NCBI GenBank assembly: GCA_964016885.1
Contig: OZ024749.1
Span: forward strand, 33,046,001 to 33,110,000
Source: Eledone cirrhosa
Taxonomy: Eukaryota
Reading direction: 5' to 3'
Length of the DNA: 64,000 nucleotides
Position numbers and translations under genes: made by a program
The notes under the pieces: generated by a model
Seen by the model: the letters and a program-made list of their open reading frames with translations, nothing else
The model's database searches: none
What the model was told of the DNA's origin: nothing
Shown: positions 14,421-27,273 of the stretch, one piece after another
Layout: each line of letters begins with the position of its first letter
How positions within the stretch are numbered: the stretch's first letter is position 1

Positions 14421-14612
14421 GGCGGTGGATTGGCAGTATCGGTAGAGGGTCGGACGCCATGCTTTGACGCATAGAGTTACGGCCCTTGCCATTCTGAGTT
14501 TAAATCCCGCCGAGGTTAACTTTGCCTTTCATCCTTACGGGGTCGATAAAATAAAGTACCAGTAATGCACTGGGTAATTGGTGGCCTTGTGCCAAAAGTA
14601 GAAACAATTATA
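14421..14612 (+). mobile_element. tRNA-derived SINE, major family, full length
   Basis: A box TGGCAGTATCGGTAG, B box GAGTTTAAATCC, Meta-like core, tail AGAAACAATTATT into (ATATT)n. Confidence 0.9.
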
Positions 14613-14794
14613 TTATATTATATTATATTATATTATATTATATTATATTATATTATATTATATTATATTATATTATATTATATATGTATATATATATATA
14701 TATATGTAAAAGGTAAACAGAAATAACAACACAATCAGTACAGTATATGGAAGGTATATATTAGGTTAACGCTTGATATAGCAGGAAGAGGGTA

Positions 14795-14826
14795 TTAACG
14801 TTTCGGACGCTAGTCCTTCATCAGAA
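14795..14826 (-). ncRNA. Minimal hammerhead ribozyme motif (PLE type)
   Basis: Minus strand CTGATGA-A-GGAC-TAGC-GTCC-GAAA-CG-TTA with palindromic AACGTT stem III; stem I weak. Confidence 0.55.
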
Positions 14827-15011
14827 GAAAGAATGAGAAATAAAATAGATTAAGGGGACGGGCGGGATGGAATTGGAAAAAATGTCTTTAGATAAAAATA
14901 ATAGGTCCATTCATGTTGACATCTCTTCCAAAACTGTTGGTGCTTGCGTTTTGTGTATGATTTTTTTTTTAGAATATACACATATATATATAATACTACT
15001 ACTAATAATAA

Positions 15012-15172
15012 TAATTGTTTCTTACCCAGTGCATTACTGGTACTTTATTTTATCGACCCCGTAAGGATGAAAGGCAAAGTCAACCTCGGCAGGATTTGAA
15101 CTCAGATCGTAAAGGGACGTAACTATGCTGGAAAGTATGGCGTCCGACCCTCTACCGATACTGCCAATCCAC
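15012..15172 (-). mobile_element. tRNA-derived SINE, major family
   Basis: Homology to other copies, with an internal deletion near the tail. Confidence 0.85.
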
Positions 15173-15233
15173 TACTACTACTAATAATAATAATAGTAAT
15201 AAACGAAATATATAACACTATAGCATCATTATT

Positions 15234-15293
15234 TATTTCATTATATATATTTCAGGGATACTAAGTTATAGTATGCCTTCTTCAGACAAAATA
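15234..15293 (-). ncRNA. Type I hammerhead ribozyme motif (family A)
   Basis: TATTTTGT-CTGAAGA-AGGCATAC..GTATCCCT-GAAA-TATATA-TA-ATGAAATA; stem I pairs with G:U. Confidence 0.7.
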
Positions 15294-15363
15294 CAATATT
15301 AGATGTATAAAATATTATATGACATACTCGTAAAAGAGACTGATACGATCAATTCAAAACAGG

Positions 15364-15410
<47 letters not shown>

Positions 15411-15611
15411 GAATAAAATTAGAGCTAGAAGTCAGGACGGTCCGTCATCAGTAATCTTCCAGCCATCATCGGTATTTCTTCGCATTATATATATAAGATT
15501 CAGGACCCCACGGCTGAGCTCCGGCCGTTTCGACAACTAGATCCGAACTTTAGTGTCGGGGTCCTGAATCTTTTCCTATATATATATATATATACACATA
15601 TACGGTATAAC

Positions 15612-15667
<56 letters not shown>

Positions 15668-15679
15668 CACACACACACC

Positions 15680-15719
<40 letters not shown>

Positions 15720-15734
15720 CATATATATATACAT

Positions 15735-15769
<35 letters not shown>

Positions 15770-15772
15770 CAT

Positions 15773-15884
<112 letters not shown>

Positions 15885-16459
15885 GAAAACAGGGAGAAAG
15901 AGACGATTATGAGGAAGAAAAATATATTTTTTTCCCTTTTTTTTGTCTCTCTCTCTTTTCTGGGTTAGAAAATGATTAAAACGAAATGTTTTACTTTGTG
16001 TGAAGTGTTAAGGTATTAGTTGATTTATTTATTATTTAACAATGACATTTATTTATCTATTTATATATTTAATTCTTGTCTATTACCGGTTTCTGCATTT
16101 ATATGCATTATAAAATGATAGTGAAATGTATTAGTGTGGTGTCGCACATGTTAAACAGAAGGTGCAGAAAGAATAATGTTATTTACAAACAAGGTTTAAG
16201 AAGTGAAAAGAAAAAAGAAAAAGGAAAAAAAAAAACGTGCATAATGTGGAACGTAAAAAGTCAATGTGGAAGAAAAAATAATGTTATTTACAAGCACAGT
16301 CATTGGAGTTGACTGGTGCGTTATGGTCCATCTGGTTCCTTACCACAATTCCTTTGTTATATATATATAACACAAGAATTTTGCAACACGAATTGGCGCG
16401 AAACTTATTTTAATACCTCTGGAGCCACTTTTTTCACATAAAACAGGTAGAATTTCCAA

Positions 16460-16659
16460 AACTAATCAGATTAGAGCAAACATCACGGGCGCTCTATCTG
16501 AAAATTATTTTTGAAAAGCATTAGAAATGCGCAACCGGTAAAAACTTAAAACTAAAACTGAATACTAACCAATACTTATTACTAATTTTTACTTATTACT
16601 ATTCCTAATTAAACTATTTTTCACTGGGAACAATTTGTCAGCATTTTCTTTTCCTTTTA

Positions 16660-16665
<6 letters not shown>
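16460..16665 (+). mobile_element. (TA)n-embedded element, family with U3-A8 hammerhead variant
   Basis: Near-identical to the reverse complement of 55535-55725. Confidence 0.7.
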
Positions 16666-16721
<56 letters not shown>

Positions 16722-16748
16722 TCGAAAGATGGTTAAAAGAGTTCCAAG

Positions 16749-16819
16749 TATTTTATTATGCGCATTTCAAAAACAAATATCATCCTGGGATGATATCTGC
16801 GTTTTCATCAGATAAAATA
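16749..16819 (-). ncRNA. Type I hammerhead ribozyme motif
   Basis: TATTTTAT-CTGATGA-AAACGCAGATATCATCC..GATGATATTTGTTTTT-GAAA-TGCGCA-TA-ATAAAATA; perfect 8-bp stem I, long stem II, palindromic stem III. Confidence 0.8.
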
Positions 16820-16933
16820 GGGATACATGATATGAAGCTTAAAAAACACTTGTGAATAGTGAAGTTTTAAATCAACATATTTAAAACTATTTGCATTGCT
16901 TTATTGTGCTACAATAAAACTTACCTCCTACAT

Positions 16934-17019
<86 letters not shown>

Positions 17020-17038
17020 AATATATATGTATATATAC

Positions 17039-17149
<111 letters not shown>

Positions 17150-17161
17150 CATATATATACA

Positions 17162-17203
<42 letters not shown>

Positions 17204-17216
17204 CATATATATATGC

Positions 17217-17259
<43 letters not shown>

Positions 17260-17271
17260 CATAAATATATA

Positions 17272-17369
<98 letters not shown>

Positions 17370-17457
17370 TATATATAAATATATATATATCGAGGTGAAC
17401 ATTTTTAGCAGGTGTTCCAATTACTCATCTACTAAAAGTTGGCATACAGTGGTGGTG

Positions 17458-17493
<36 letters not shown>

Positions 17494-17651
17494 GGTGGTG
17501 GTGCTCGAATGATGTTGATATGAAGGGCCATTTCTCTTTCTTTCTTTCTTTCCTTTCTTCTTTTTTTCTGTTACTTTTTGTTTTCATTATATTTCTGGCC
17601 ACCCACTCGTTCTACTGTAGGTATCTCTCCTCGCAACCTAATTCTACCTGT

Positions 17652-18962
17652 CAGCAACACTCACAGTAGCAACAGGTACAGCAACACTAACAGCAGTAAC
17701 AGGCACAGCAGCAGTAACACTAACAGCAGTAACAGCAGCAGCAGTAACAACAGCAGCAGTAACAGGCACAGCAGCAGAAACACTAACAGCAGTAACAGGC
17801 ACAGCAGCAGTAACAGGCACAACAGCAGTAACAGGTACAGCAGCAGTAACAGGCACAACAGCAGCAACACTAACAGCAGCAACAGGCACAGCAGCAGCAA
17901 CACTAACAGCAGTAACAGGTACAGCAGCAGCAACACTAACAGCAGTAACAGCAGCAGCAGCAGTAACAACAGCAGCAGTAACAGGCACAGCAGCAGAAAC
18001 ACTAACAGCAGTAACAGGTACAGCAGCAGTAACAGGCACAACAGCAGTAACAGGTACAGCAGCAGTAACAGGCACAACAGCAGCAACACTAACAGCAGCA
18101 ACAGGCACAGCAGCAGCAACACTAACAGCAGTAACAGGTACAGCAGCAGCAACACTAACAGCAGTAACAGGTACAGCAGCAGTAACAGGCACAGCAGCAG
18201 CAACACTAACAGCAGTAACAGCAGCAGCAGTAACAACAGCAGCAGTAACAGGCACAGCAGCAGAAACACTAACAGCAGTAACAGGCACAGCAGCAGTAAC
18301 AGGCACAGCAGCAGCAACACTAACAGCAGTAACAGCAGCAGCAGTAACAACAGCAGCAGTAACAGGCACAGCAGCAGCAACACTAACAGCAGTAACAGCA
18401 GCAGCAGTAACAACAGCAGCAGTAACAGGCACAGCAGCAGCAACACTAACAGCAGTAACAGCAGCAGCAGTAACAACAGCAGCAGTAACAGGCACAGCAG
18501 CAGCAACACTAACAGCAGTAACAGCAGCAGCAGTAACAACAGCAGCAGTAACAGGCACAGCAGCAGCAACACTAACAGCAGTAACAGGCACAGCAGCAGC
18601 AACAGTATCAGCAACGGCAGTAACAGTGGCAGCAGCAGCACTAACAGCAGCGGCAGTAACAGTAACAGCAACAACAACAGCAGCAGTAACAGCCACAACA
18701 GTAACAGCAGCAGCAGCAATAGCAACACTAACAGCAGCAACAGCAGCAGCAGTAACAACAGCAGCAGTACTAACAGTAACAGCAACGGCAGTAACAGTGG
18801 CAGCAGCAGCATCAGTAGTAACAGTCACAACAGTAATAGCAGCAACAGCAGCAGCAGTAACGACAGCAACAGCACCAGCAGCCCCACCACCACCACCATC
18901 ACCACCACCACCATCACCACCACCACCAGCAGCCACACCACCACCACCACCACCACCACCGC
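17652..18962. repeat. Cryptic higher-order trinucleotide repeat (AGC/AAC/AGT/CAC)
   Basis: Recurrent 15-21-nt modules such as AACACTAACAGCAGT and AACAGGCACAGCAGCAGT. Confidence 0.9.
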
Positions 18963-19010
18963 CAACGCCGTCAATCTGTTTGTTTTTCCGTTTTGTTCTC
19001 TGCACTTTTA

Positions 19011-19142
19011 TAATTGTTTCTACTTTTGGCACAAGGCCAGCAATTACCCAGTACATTACTGGTACTTTATTTTATCGATACCGTAAGGATGAAAGGCAAA
19101 GTTAACCTTGGCGGGATTTGAACTCAGACCATAAAGGGCCGT
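19011..19142 (-). mobile_element. tRNA-derived SINE, 5'-truncated
   Basis: Homology to the major family. Confidence 0.85.
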
Positions 19143-19525
19143 ATGGTGGTATTCTCTGCACTTTTATAATACCAGTTATTTAGGATCTAGCAAGTTCTGC
19201 TAAAACTATGCTTTGCTGATATACCAAACATGTCTAGTAAGACGAGAATCCAGTTGTGGTTGTAAAATACGGAATTGAAGTTTTCCCTTCAATTCAATAC
19301 CCTTTTCTTCTGCAATGGTGGGACTGGGTGGATTGTTGCCAAGTTGTTACAATCGTAGACGTGCTAACCTCTAAAACCCAAAAGGGGAGTACCATGAAAA
19401 AAAGGACCCCAAAACGGGGAGAAATGAGGTAAAATGGGGAGATTTTAACATAATGAAATCCATACCCATTTTCACAAAAGAAGACATCTCTCACCCACCC
19501 CAAAATGGGTGGGAGATCTCCTTGT

Positions 19526-19783
19526 TGGATGGCAGTATTCATTTCGGTTCTCTGCTCTCTGAGTTCAAATTCTGCCGAGGTCAACTTTACCTTTCATCCA
19601 TTCAAGGTCGATAAAAAAAGTACCAGTCAAGTACTGGGGTCGATTCTTCCTCTATATCTCTTTCTCACTTCTTTTCTCTCATTTTCTCTATCCTTCTCAT
19701 GAAGAAATCTACTGTATTCAGACCTGGAGAGGAGATGGGCTCTGCCAGGTTTAACAAATGCCCTAGGAACGCCGCATGTCAAT
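19526..19783 (+). mobile_element. Older SINE subfamily with pyrimidine tract and internal module
   Basis: SINE head and core followed by a (TC)-rich tract and GAAGAAATC..CAGACCTGGAGAGG..GGGCTCTGCCAGG; same module at ~34095, ~37143 and ~45785. Confidence 0.65.
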
Positions 19784-19784
19784 G

Positions 19785-20010
19785 GAATGGCTCTACCAGC
19801 GCATCTCCCTTACCATCCTCCGGGGAAACACCTTCTCCATTCTGTCCGCCGGGGTTGTGGGGCGGCCAGCACGTGGGACCCCATTTGCTGACTATACAGA
19901 GAGATGGGGAGGGTGAGAGTGATGGGGCCGATGGCGGTGGGAGTTCGGCACTTTTGTGCTCGGACACATTGCACCTGTCAAGAGTTTATTTTCACACTTG
20001 TAAAGAACTT
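19785..20010 (+). mobile_element. CRE-clade (RLE) non-LTR retrotransposon 3' end
   Basis: Encodes EWLYQRISLTILRGNTFSILSAG, matching the CRE-type 'QR.S..I.RGN' C-terminal motif. Confidence 0.6.
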
Positions 20011-20074
20011 TAACACCGGAACTACAGCTTTCATTGCTACTCTACTATATATATATATATATATATAGTATATA

Positions 20075-20116
<42 letters not shown>

Positions 20117-20297
20117 TATGTATATATATTATATATAAGATATATATATATAGTATATATATATATCTTATATATATATATATATATACTATATATATAT
20201 ATATTATATATAAGATATATAAATATAGTATATATATATATATTGTATATATATATATAGTATATATACTATATATATATACTATATATATACACAC

Positions 20298-20328
<31 letters not shown>

Positions 20329-20370
20329 GTATATACATATATATATATCCATATACACACATACATATAA

Positions 20371-20454
<84 letters not shown>

Positions 20455-20866
20455 ACACACACATATAATTATATCGCGCCTCTACAACTCCTTTGGGAAT
20501 TACTACGAGACCATGCATATATATATATATACGCACATAATCCACAAGATATATTCCCCAAGATTACCTCTCTTTGCTGACAGGAGAGCAGCCGACATTG
20601 AAACGTCTTGCCAGCCACATAACGCTTAAACGATAAGATTTGCAATTGAAAACCAAATAACAATATTTTCTTTATCTCTAATCACCTACGCAACTTCTTA
20701 TTTATTTATCTATGTATTAACTATTTTTTGTTACAATTAGTATTACTATTGGTTTCATTTCATTTTGGCTGTTCAAATTACGTGTGTTGGGTTTTGGTTG
20801 CTTTAGTTTCGTAGTATGCGTTTAATTTTTATTTCGAAGCTGGATGGAGGGTTACGAGAGAAGTAA

Positions 20867-20978
<112 letters not shown>

Positions 20979-21114
20979 ACACACAGACAACATATATATA
21001 TATATAATTTTAGACCAGCGGAAGTTCAGTCAGAAACAACTGTATGCTGAGACAGTCCTCAATCCAGGTTACTAAGATTCATAGCTCGAATAACAGAAAC
21101 CGATTACAGGCATG

Positions 21115-21181
<67 letters not shown>

Positions 21182-21187
21182 AGTATA

Positions 21188-21249
<62 letters not shown>

Positions 21250-21314
21250 GCCCACCCCCCACTCTCAAGCGTGAAACTAAAATCAATATCATTTGTATAT
21301 ATATATATATATAA

Positions 21315-21366
<52 letters not shown>

Positions 21367-21397
21367 TATATATTATATATATATATATATTATATAT

Positions 21398-21496
<99 letters not shown>

Positions 21497-21623
21497 AAAG
21501 TTCTATTTAAATTGTTGGGATACAACAAGTAAATATTTTTATAACTGATATAAAGCACTCGAAAAGTATTTGGAGTATATATACGATATTAACAAATGGA
21601 AATTATATTTATAAAACCATATT

Positions 21624-21689
21624 TATTTTATTATACATATTTCAAGGGCAACCAAGGCAAATTATGGTGCGCTTTCATCAGATAAAATA
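21624..21689 (-). ncRNA. Type I hammerhead ribozyme motif (family A)
   Basis: Exact reverse complement of 21811-21876. Confidence 0.78.
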
Positions 21690-21810
21690 CAGATTTGTTT
21701 TATAAATAAATATTGACATACCCGGAAAAAAGACAGCCTTAACGGAAGCTCCAACCGTTAAGGTTGTCTTTTTTCCGAGCATGTCAATATTTATTTATAA
21801 AACAAATCTG

Positions 21811-21876
21811 TATTTTATCTGATGAAAGCGCACCATAATTTGCCTTGGTTGCCCTTGAAATATGTATAATAAAATA
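21811..21876 (+). ncRNA. Type I hammerhead ribozyme motif (family A)
   Basis: TATTTTAT-CTGATGA-AAGCGCACC..GGTTGCCCTT-GAAA-TATGTA-TA-ATAAAATA; predicted cleavage after A21868. Confidence 0.8.
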
Positions 21877-22021
21877 AATATGTCGTTTCTGAATTTGTTT
21901 AGCAAGATTCTTTATCTGAAATCGTGTGTTGAAACCGATATTGTTATAATTTGGGAGGGTCATGTTGCCAATAAGAAACACACGCACCAGTTTTATAAAT
22001 ATAGTTTCCATTTATTAATAT

Positions 22022-22091
<70 letters not shown>

Positions 22092-22236
22092 GTAGGAGGT
22101 GAGTTTTATTGTAGTACAATAAAGCAATGCAGATATCGGATAAGAAGCACTCTACAGTTTGTAGGACTGGAGTATACATAATATATAAGAACAAAAGATG
22201 GTTAAAAGAGTTCCATGTATTTTATTATGCGCATTT

Positions 22237-22284
<48 letters not shown>

Positions 22285-22450
22285 AAGTATTTCCCAAGAA
22301 AAAGCAAAGGAAAATAGAGTGCTCTATGTATAGAACAGAGCTATTTAATTAGAAAGTTAACAACACAATATATAACTACTTCATTACCAAAGGTTTCAGG
22401 ACCCTGGACAGTATTAACATACTTCTTGATCGTTCATCAGGATATAACCC

Positions 22451-22518
22451 CTCTATCTGATGAACGAACAAGAAGTATGTTAATAATGTCTAGGGTCCTG
22501 AAACCTTTGGTAATGGAG
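22451..22518 (+). ncRNA. Type I hammerhead motif in fold-back element 22348-22553
   Basis: CTCTAT-CTGATGA-[imperfect stem II]-GAAA-CC-TTT-GG-TA-ATGGAG; 6-bp stem I; inverted copy at 22378-22441. Confidence 0.62.
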
Positions 22519-22546
22519 TAGTTATATATTGTTATATATAACTTTC

Positions 22547-22609
<63 letters not shown>

Positions 22610-22626
22610 GTAAATATATATATATG

Positions 22627-22674
<48 letters not shown>

Positions 22675-22688
22675 AGATATATATGTAA

Positions 22689-22889
<201 letters not shown>

Positions 22890-22917
22890 CTTCTCTCGTA
22901 ACCCTTCTGCTTATATA

Positions 22918-22958
<41 letters not shown>

Positions 22959-23004
22959 AGTATATGTTGGTTGTTTACCCACACCTCAGTATGCAGATTG
23001 GAGC

Positions 23005-23085
<81 letters not shown>

Positions 23086-23102
23086 CTGCGTGCGCGTGTA
23101 TT

Positions 23103-23154
<52 letters not shown>

Positions 23155-23677
23155 TATGTATATGTATAGATATATATACTGAAACCGTAATCAAGATCCT
23201 ACATTTGTGAGCCTCGCATACTAACCATAAAGCGAGACATCTTCATAAAATTGTTACAGAAAAACGAGAAGTGATACCGATTCTTATGTCAATGACTGAG
23301 AAACGAGATGCAAATCGGTAAGTTGTCTTTGAAGGGTTATAAATAAATAGTTAAAGAAATCTAAATAGAATAGTGTATGAAAGTTAGATTAAAAGTAAAT
23401 GGAAGTTGTAGTAATATAAGCATTAGATAGTTACAAGAATGAAAATCACTGTACAATTCTACAACAGTATCAAAATACAAATGGATTGTAAAGATTGCAA
23501 ATATAGGAAAGTGATTTACATTCAGACATGAAACTGTTAATGTAGATCTGTGGTAATATATGAAGAGTACACACATGCACATATACACATACGTACACAC
23601 ATACATACACGTACAAATATACAAACACACATACACACTCACACACACACACAGACACACACACACATATATATATA

Positions 23678-23748
<71 letters not shown>

Positions 23749-23836
23749 ATGTATATGTGCGTGTATATACACAAACACACACATATGTATATATACACAC
23801 ACAGACACACATATATATATATATATTTGTGTATAT

Positions 23837-23939
<103 letters not shown>

Positions 23940-23953
23940 CATATATATGTATA

Positions 23954-23986
<33 letters not shown>

Positions 23987-24017
23987 GTATATATATACAT
24001 ATATATGTATATATGTA

Positions 24018-24056
<39 letters not shown>

Positions 24057-24079
24057 GGATATATATATATATATATGTA

Positions 24080-24170
<91 letters not shown>

Positions 24171-24519
24171 AGGGGGTGTAACTAGGGGGTGTAACCACCA
24201 CACCACAGCCCATCTCATCCACCGACCGTCACCAACATCTCACCATCACACCCACCCCATATACACTACAGGCCAGTACATCGCCTTGATCCTTCCCACC
24301 AATCAAAACAACTCATTTTGTCAAACTCTTGAAACTCTGACTTTACCACATAGCATGTATTTCATTTTCTTATAGCATTTTAAGAGGGTCCGTCGAGCTG
24401 CCGATTATTGAGTCGGGTAGGATCGATACAGATCGAACCTTGAGCTGATCAGTGGCGAAACGCGCGTCACCTATCAATAAATGCAATGAAGGAGTAATCA
24501 ATCGTCCTTGTTATCCTTT

Positions 24520-24582
<63 letters not shown>

Positions 24583-24729
24583 ATCGTTTCTGAATTTGTT
24601 TAGCAAGATTCTTTATCTGAAAACGTGTGTTGAAACCGATATTGTTATACTTTGGGAGGGTCATGTTGCCAATAAGAAACACACCTGGTGCGTGTGTTTC
24701 TTATTGGCAACATGACCCTCCCAAAGTAT

Positions 24730-24735
<6 letters not shown>
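24583..24735. mobile_element. Family C fold-back element in (TA)n
   Basis: ~45-bp inverted arms around CTGGTGC; homologous to 8241-8520. Confidence 0.75.
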
Positions 24736-24773
<38 letters not shown>

Positions 24774-24775
24774 TT

Positions 24776-24815
<40 letters not shown>

Positions 24816-24901
24816 ATAATAATAAAATTGAAGACTAATATATATATATTCCCTATATATATGTATATATGTATATATATATATGTATATATATATATAT
24901 T

Positions 24902-24978
<77 letters not shown>

Positions 24979-25013
24979 TATTCCCTATATATATATATGT
25001 ATATATGTATATA

Positions 25014-25134
<121 letters not shown>

Positions 25135-25165
25135 ATATCTTTCTTTCCCTATATATATATATATG

Positions 25166-25243
25166 CAGGGTGTCTCCAAAAATGTATACACACTTCAACA
25201 GCATTCTAATAAATATGTGTATACATTTTTTGGGGACGCCCTG
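25166..25243. mobile_element. Tc1/mariner-type MITE
   Basis: TIR CAGGGTGTCTCCAAAAATGTATACAC / GTGTATACATTTTTTGGGGACGCCCTG in TA context; copies at ~46860-46959 and 56512-56603. Confidence 0.75.
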
Positions 25244-25650
25244 TATATATATATATATACACACACGATAGAATTTCATATGTGTAGTGTAGTGAGAGGA
25301 AAAACTTCAATTAACCGAGATTATCGTTACAGTTTGAAAACAAGAATGCCCCCTGGGGAGAAGTTCAAAATCGAAAAACAACAAACACGGGAAGTAACTC
25401 CAGCAATATCAGTTACAGTTTTCGGAGAACGAAGACAACGAAGTAAAGAATGGGTCTGGTCTTAGAGCCAACTTGTGAAAGAAACGGACATGTTTCAGTT
25501 TTGTTAGACCTTCTCAGCGAAGTGTCTACAGGTCAGTTGGCTTTATTTATAATGATCAAACTTAGACATAGGAAACGAAGGATGTCAGTTACATTATGTA
25601 TATCAAATAAAGGGTAGTAAGAAACCAACTAGGGTAGGTTTCTTCTTCTT

Positions 25651-25696
<46 letters not shown>

Positions 25697-25761
25697 CTAC
25701 ATACATACAGGGGCCTGCAAAAATAGGTATACAGTAGGGATTATAGCAGTATTACCACTAG

Positions 25762-25824
<63 letters not shown>

Positions 25825-25870
25825 CATACATATATATATATATATACATATATACATACATACACAAACA

Positions 25871-25922
<52 letters not shown>

Positions 25923-26075
25923 AAGTGCCGGGTTATCAGAGAAATGTAATTGCAGATATTTAGAGGGCGGGGTGTAGCTGAAATACCCGATTAAAGGTGA
26001 AGAGGGAGGGCAGGTTTGTTACGTAAGAATTAAAAAGTGTGAAATATATAAGACAGAAGTGAAAAAATGTTAGAT

Positions 26076-26137
<62 letters not shown>

Positions 26138-26573
26138 AAGAGAGAGTAAGAGAGAGATAGAGAGAGTGGGAGTACGAGAGAGGGAGGGAGGGTGAGTGAG
26201 TAAGGGAGAGAGAGAAAGAGTGAACGAGAGAGAGAGAATGAGAGAGAGAACGCGAGAGGGAGAGAAAGAGAGAGAGAGAGTGAACGCGAGAGGGAGAGAA
26301 AGAGAAAGAGAGAGTGCGTGAGAGAGACGTGAAACATTATATAATAAGTGATGGTAAAATCTTGAGAGATGTGATAAGTTAGGTTAATATGGAGAAGGAG
26401 GAGGAGGAGGAGGTGAAATCAAGAAAACTAACAACAAAAACAAAACAAACACAACAAAACATACAAAAACATTCAAACAATCTAAAATGAAACAAGATAT
26501 AATACATACATCCTTACATACATATAGAGGTGTATACACATACTTACATATATACATATATTGGTATATACAC

Positions 26574-26638
<65 letters not shown>

Positions 26639-26689
26639 AGTTTGAATAGTCTGACAAAATTTATCCATTTTTTTTCTTCTTAGTCCGTA

Positions 26690-26760
<71 letters not shown>

Positions 26761-26814
26761 TAATAATAACGTTTTTTGAAATATCCAGTTCTGCGTTTAC
26801 AGATTGACTTTGTT

Positions 26815-26865
26815 AGTTTCAGAAGATCCCGTTAAGGGTGAAAGCAGCGATTCTTTGCTTAAACT
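26815..26865 (+). ncRNA. Hammerhead-fold motif with U4A core variant (family D)
   Basis: AGTTT-CAGAAGA-TCCC-GTTAA-GGGT-GAAA-GCA[9]TGC-TT-AAACT; identical at 31399-31449, partial at 35772. Confidence 0.5.
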
Positions 26866-26881
26866 TTAATCTGTTAGTTTA

Positions 26882-26919
<38 letters not shown>

Positions 26920-26923
26920 ATAT

Positions 26924-27016
26924 ATATGCAGTAAGAAACACAGTAAACCGTGTGTCTAATATTACAACCCTTGTAATATTAGACACACGGTTTACTGTGT
27001 TTCTTACCGCATATAT
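26924..27016. repeat. Near-perfect ~44-bp-arm hairpin at the start of a (TA)n-embedded element
   Basis: GCAGTAAGAAACACAGTAAACCGTGTGTCTAATATTACAA-ccc-TTGTAATATTAGACACACGGTTTACTGTGTTTCTTACCGC. Confidence 0.9.
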
Positions 27017-27098
27017 TTTATTATTATAATGCTCAGTATTTTATACTTGGAGCTTAATAATTACAGGGTTTCAATAAGAGTTATTAACTCTAATTTTC

Positions 27099-27151
<53 letters not shown>

Positions 27152-27273
27152 TGTAAATACATACATATAGCAATATTGAGGTATATACTTACATTCACAC
27201 ACACACACATATATATATATATAGTGAAAGAGTGAAGAATAACATGGTCGGCTGTACAAGAAGGGTTTATTTA

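Larger units (their letters stand above)
21495..22030 (-). mobile_element. Family A hammerhead element with ~128-bp-arm inverted duplication
   Basis: Arms 21618-21745 and 21755-21882 around a 9-nt loop; trailer homologous to 61690-61820; flanked by (TA)n. Confidence 0.8.

Noticed and set aside
14421-14510. SINE heads as tRNA genes
   Set aside because: A/B boxes present but no cloverleaf, and always joined to the SINE body and tail.
21618-21882. Fold-back elements as MITEs with TIRs
   Set aside because: Arms are asymmetric, and apex position and arm length vary between copies of one family, unlike fixed TIRs.
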